This document shows, piece by piece, positions 61,721-64,000 of a stretch of DNA of 64,000 nt. How positions within the stretch are numbered: position 1 is the stretch's first letter; each line of letters begins with the position of its first letter. The notes under the pieces are model-generated. The model was not told the DNA's origin. It saw nothing but the letters and a program-made list of their open reading frames with translations, and ran no database searches. Source of the DNA: Octopus bimaculoides. Taxonomy: Eukaryota. Made by a program: the position numbers and the translations under genes. The stretch lies in the NCBI RefSeq assembly GCF_001194135.2, contig NC_068985.1:93123872-93187871 (forward strand). The letters run 5' to 3'.

Positions 61721-63324
61721 ACAATTAATATTTTTTACCCTGTGGTGCTTCAAGATTGACAGTTTTTCAGTTCTTAATTCTATTATCATTACAGTTTGGA
61801 TATTATTCCACATCTTGGTATTTTTATCGCCGAACCAAATTCTAAATTTAAATTCACCAGAAGAAAATGGGCTTTTTTTTTCATGCTAGAATCGAATTAA
61901 TTCATCAATAAAAAAACACGTCTGAAACAGCTGTAATGAACCTTAACCCATCTGTTTCCTTTCTTTCTTCACACACACACACACACACACACATATATTC
62001 AGAGTCTTTCAAATTGGTTGAAAGACCCTGAATGAAACTGCACAGAAAGCTATGTCCGGTTACATACAGTGGAAGCACATGTAGGTCGTGGTAACCATGA
62101 AAATATGCTGTATGCCATTCTAAAACAAAAGGAAATAAGTCTTCAGAATGTACCAGACTCCATATTCTGTATCGTTATAATTATTGCTTATACACACACA
62201 CACAGAGGAGTAAGTGTAGATAGATCGATAGATATACATACCTGTGTACACATATAAGCATCAAGCATATGCATATGTCTTTTGAATACCGTGTGAGTCC
62301 TACACAGTACTTAATGAGATGATGTAATCCCCTACAGAAACCTCAGCAAGATGAGATGGAGTAAAAGAAAAATTCATTCTTTTGGAAATTACATGACGGC
62401 CATTTTTGCTTTTCATTTGTTTGCGATATTTATGCATTGCGAAGCCTAATGACACTTAACATATTTTTCATAAAGCTCACTTTTATTTTGTTCTTGTTGA
62501 ACGTGGTTTATCTTGATGCTGAGGTTTATGTATGCATATCCGATAATATTTGACGGCTGGTTAACCTGTGTATGGGTGTACAATGAGATGCTGATAGTTT
62601 TTTTTTTAAAGGACAGTATAATTTTGGGTTTAGCTTGAGCATGGCATCAGTTACCATTGTCAGATTCAATTCAAGCATTAAATTCAGAATGATTTTTCAA
62701 TGCCGTAAATAACCGTTTCCTCGAGGCGTTATGCACACTCGCAAAACCATCATCCTTATACATGCCATTAAAATAACTTGTTATATCGTTAAGCAGAAGC
62801 AAGAAGTAATATCTATATTATTCATTTTGTCTTTACAGGAAATGAGAAATCTCAGGTTGCTTTGTGGGATATTTGCGTACATTTTGGTGAACTAGTTGCT
62901 TTGGAAGTTTGAGTATTCTTAGACCTTATCGTTGAGAAGTTTCCATTTGGATAAATTCTCGAAATTGTTCATGTGTCCCTTAATGTGATAAAGGCTATCT
63001 TTTCTTTTTTTATTAAGTGAGGTATTTAACATTTGTCTATTCTGTTATTATCCATCGTGATCTTGTGTTATTTCACGATATAATATAGTGTTTGCGCTTT
63101 CAAGGAATTCGTTGTGAAATTGTAAAATAGGTTATTATGTCTTTGGTTACCTTTCACACGTACACGCATGCGTCAGAATGTGTGAGTGTGAGTGGGGGCA
63201 CGTAGCATGGCGCAGGTTTCATCCCATTGCATAGCATCTTCGGCAAGACATTCTTTATACTCTAACCCTGAGAAAATTCTAGACTTGAGAGGGAAATTGG
63301 GTAAGAGCAGAAGTCCGTTGGATT

Positions 63325-63900
63325 TTGATTTATGAGTTTAATAAAGGCAACAACGCAACGGAAAGTGCAAGGAATATTAAGGCAGTATATGGAGATTGGA
63401 CAATAAGCGTAAACCAGTGCCACTGGTGGATCCAGAAACTTCGAGCAGGAAAATACAGCCTAGAAGACGAGCCTCGTCCTGAAAAATCTGTAAAGCTTGA
63501 CGAGGATGTCCAGCAAACCCTGGTGAAACGAAATCCCATCGTAACTGTTGTGGAACTAACAGAAAGGCTTAGATTTGGTGATTCAACATCAGTGCTAGAA
63601 GAAAAACGACCATGTTTGGTTTCAAGACGAAAGGTATTCTTCCATCAAGATAATACTTGGCCAAATACAGCGAGGATGACATTCCAAAGGCTGGAGCAGT
63701 TTGGATGGGAAACGATGCCCCACCCACCATATTCGCTGGACATTGTCCTATCTGATTATCATTTATTCCGCAATCTTCAAAGTCATTTGGACGGAAAAAA
63801 TATGAATTCTGCAGACGAAGTCAGAACGGTACTGGAGGAGTATTTTTCGTCGCAGACAAGTGAATTTTGGAAGAAGGGTCCTTGTAAGTCTACCAGATAG
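63325..63900 (+). mobile_element. Mariner transposase ORF with an in-frame internal deletion (191 aa)
   Basis: HTH (YEFNKGNNATESARNI...SLEDEPRP) fused to FHQDN...HPPYSLDIVLSDYHLF; WVPHEL and first-Asp (TGDEKW-type) segment absent. Confidence 0.9.
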
Positions 63901-64000
63901 ATGTAAGAGTATTGCAGTAAATGAAGGAGAATATATTTTAGATTAAAAAAAGAACTTTGTTTATCTTAATGTTGAAAAATAGAAGTATAAGAAAACCTCA

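Noticed and set aside
62840-62915. Plus-strand exon after TTTTGTCTTTACAG
   Set aside because: All frames close quickly and only weak donors are available.

Overview
AT-rich, repeat-dense eukaryotic scaffold with ten N-gaps. The tRNA-derived SINEs, (TA)n/(CA)n/(CAT)n microsatellites and MITEs look like a coleoid cephalopod (Octopus-type) genome; this is an inference, not a database match. Nearly all ORFs in the supplied track are artefacts of microsatellites or N-runs. Recognisable TE coding remnants: three mariners, one maT-like Tc1/mariner, a hAT, a Helitron helicase, two CR1-group LINE pieces and a Dong/R4 3' end. Host-gene signal is tentative: a plus-strand gene seems to end at about 9-13.3 kb, and a convergent minus-strand gene may run from a promoter near 46.6 kb to a terminal exon near 16.2 kb. 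Main finding: a non-coding mobile element that joins a tRNA-like Pol III head to an (AAT)n tract, a minimal hammerhead ribozyme and a Penelope-like tail. It occurs at 5.7-6.0 kb and 40.1-40.9 kb with an inverted partner copy upstream, and as decayed copies at 22.4 and 23.2 kb. Two further hammerhead-like Penelope termini are also present. All coordinates and alignments were read by eye.
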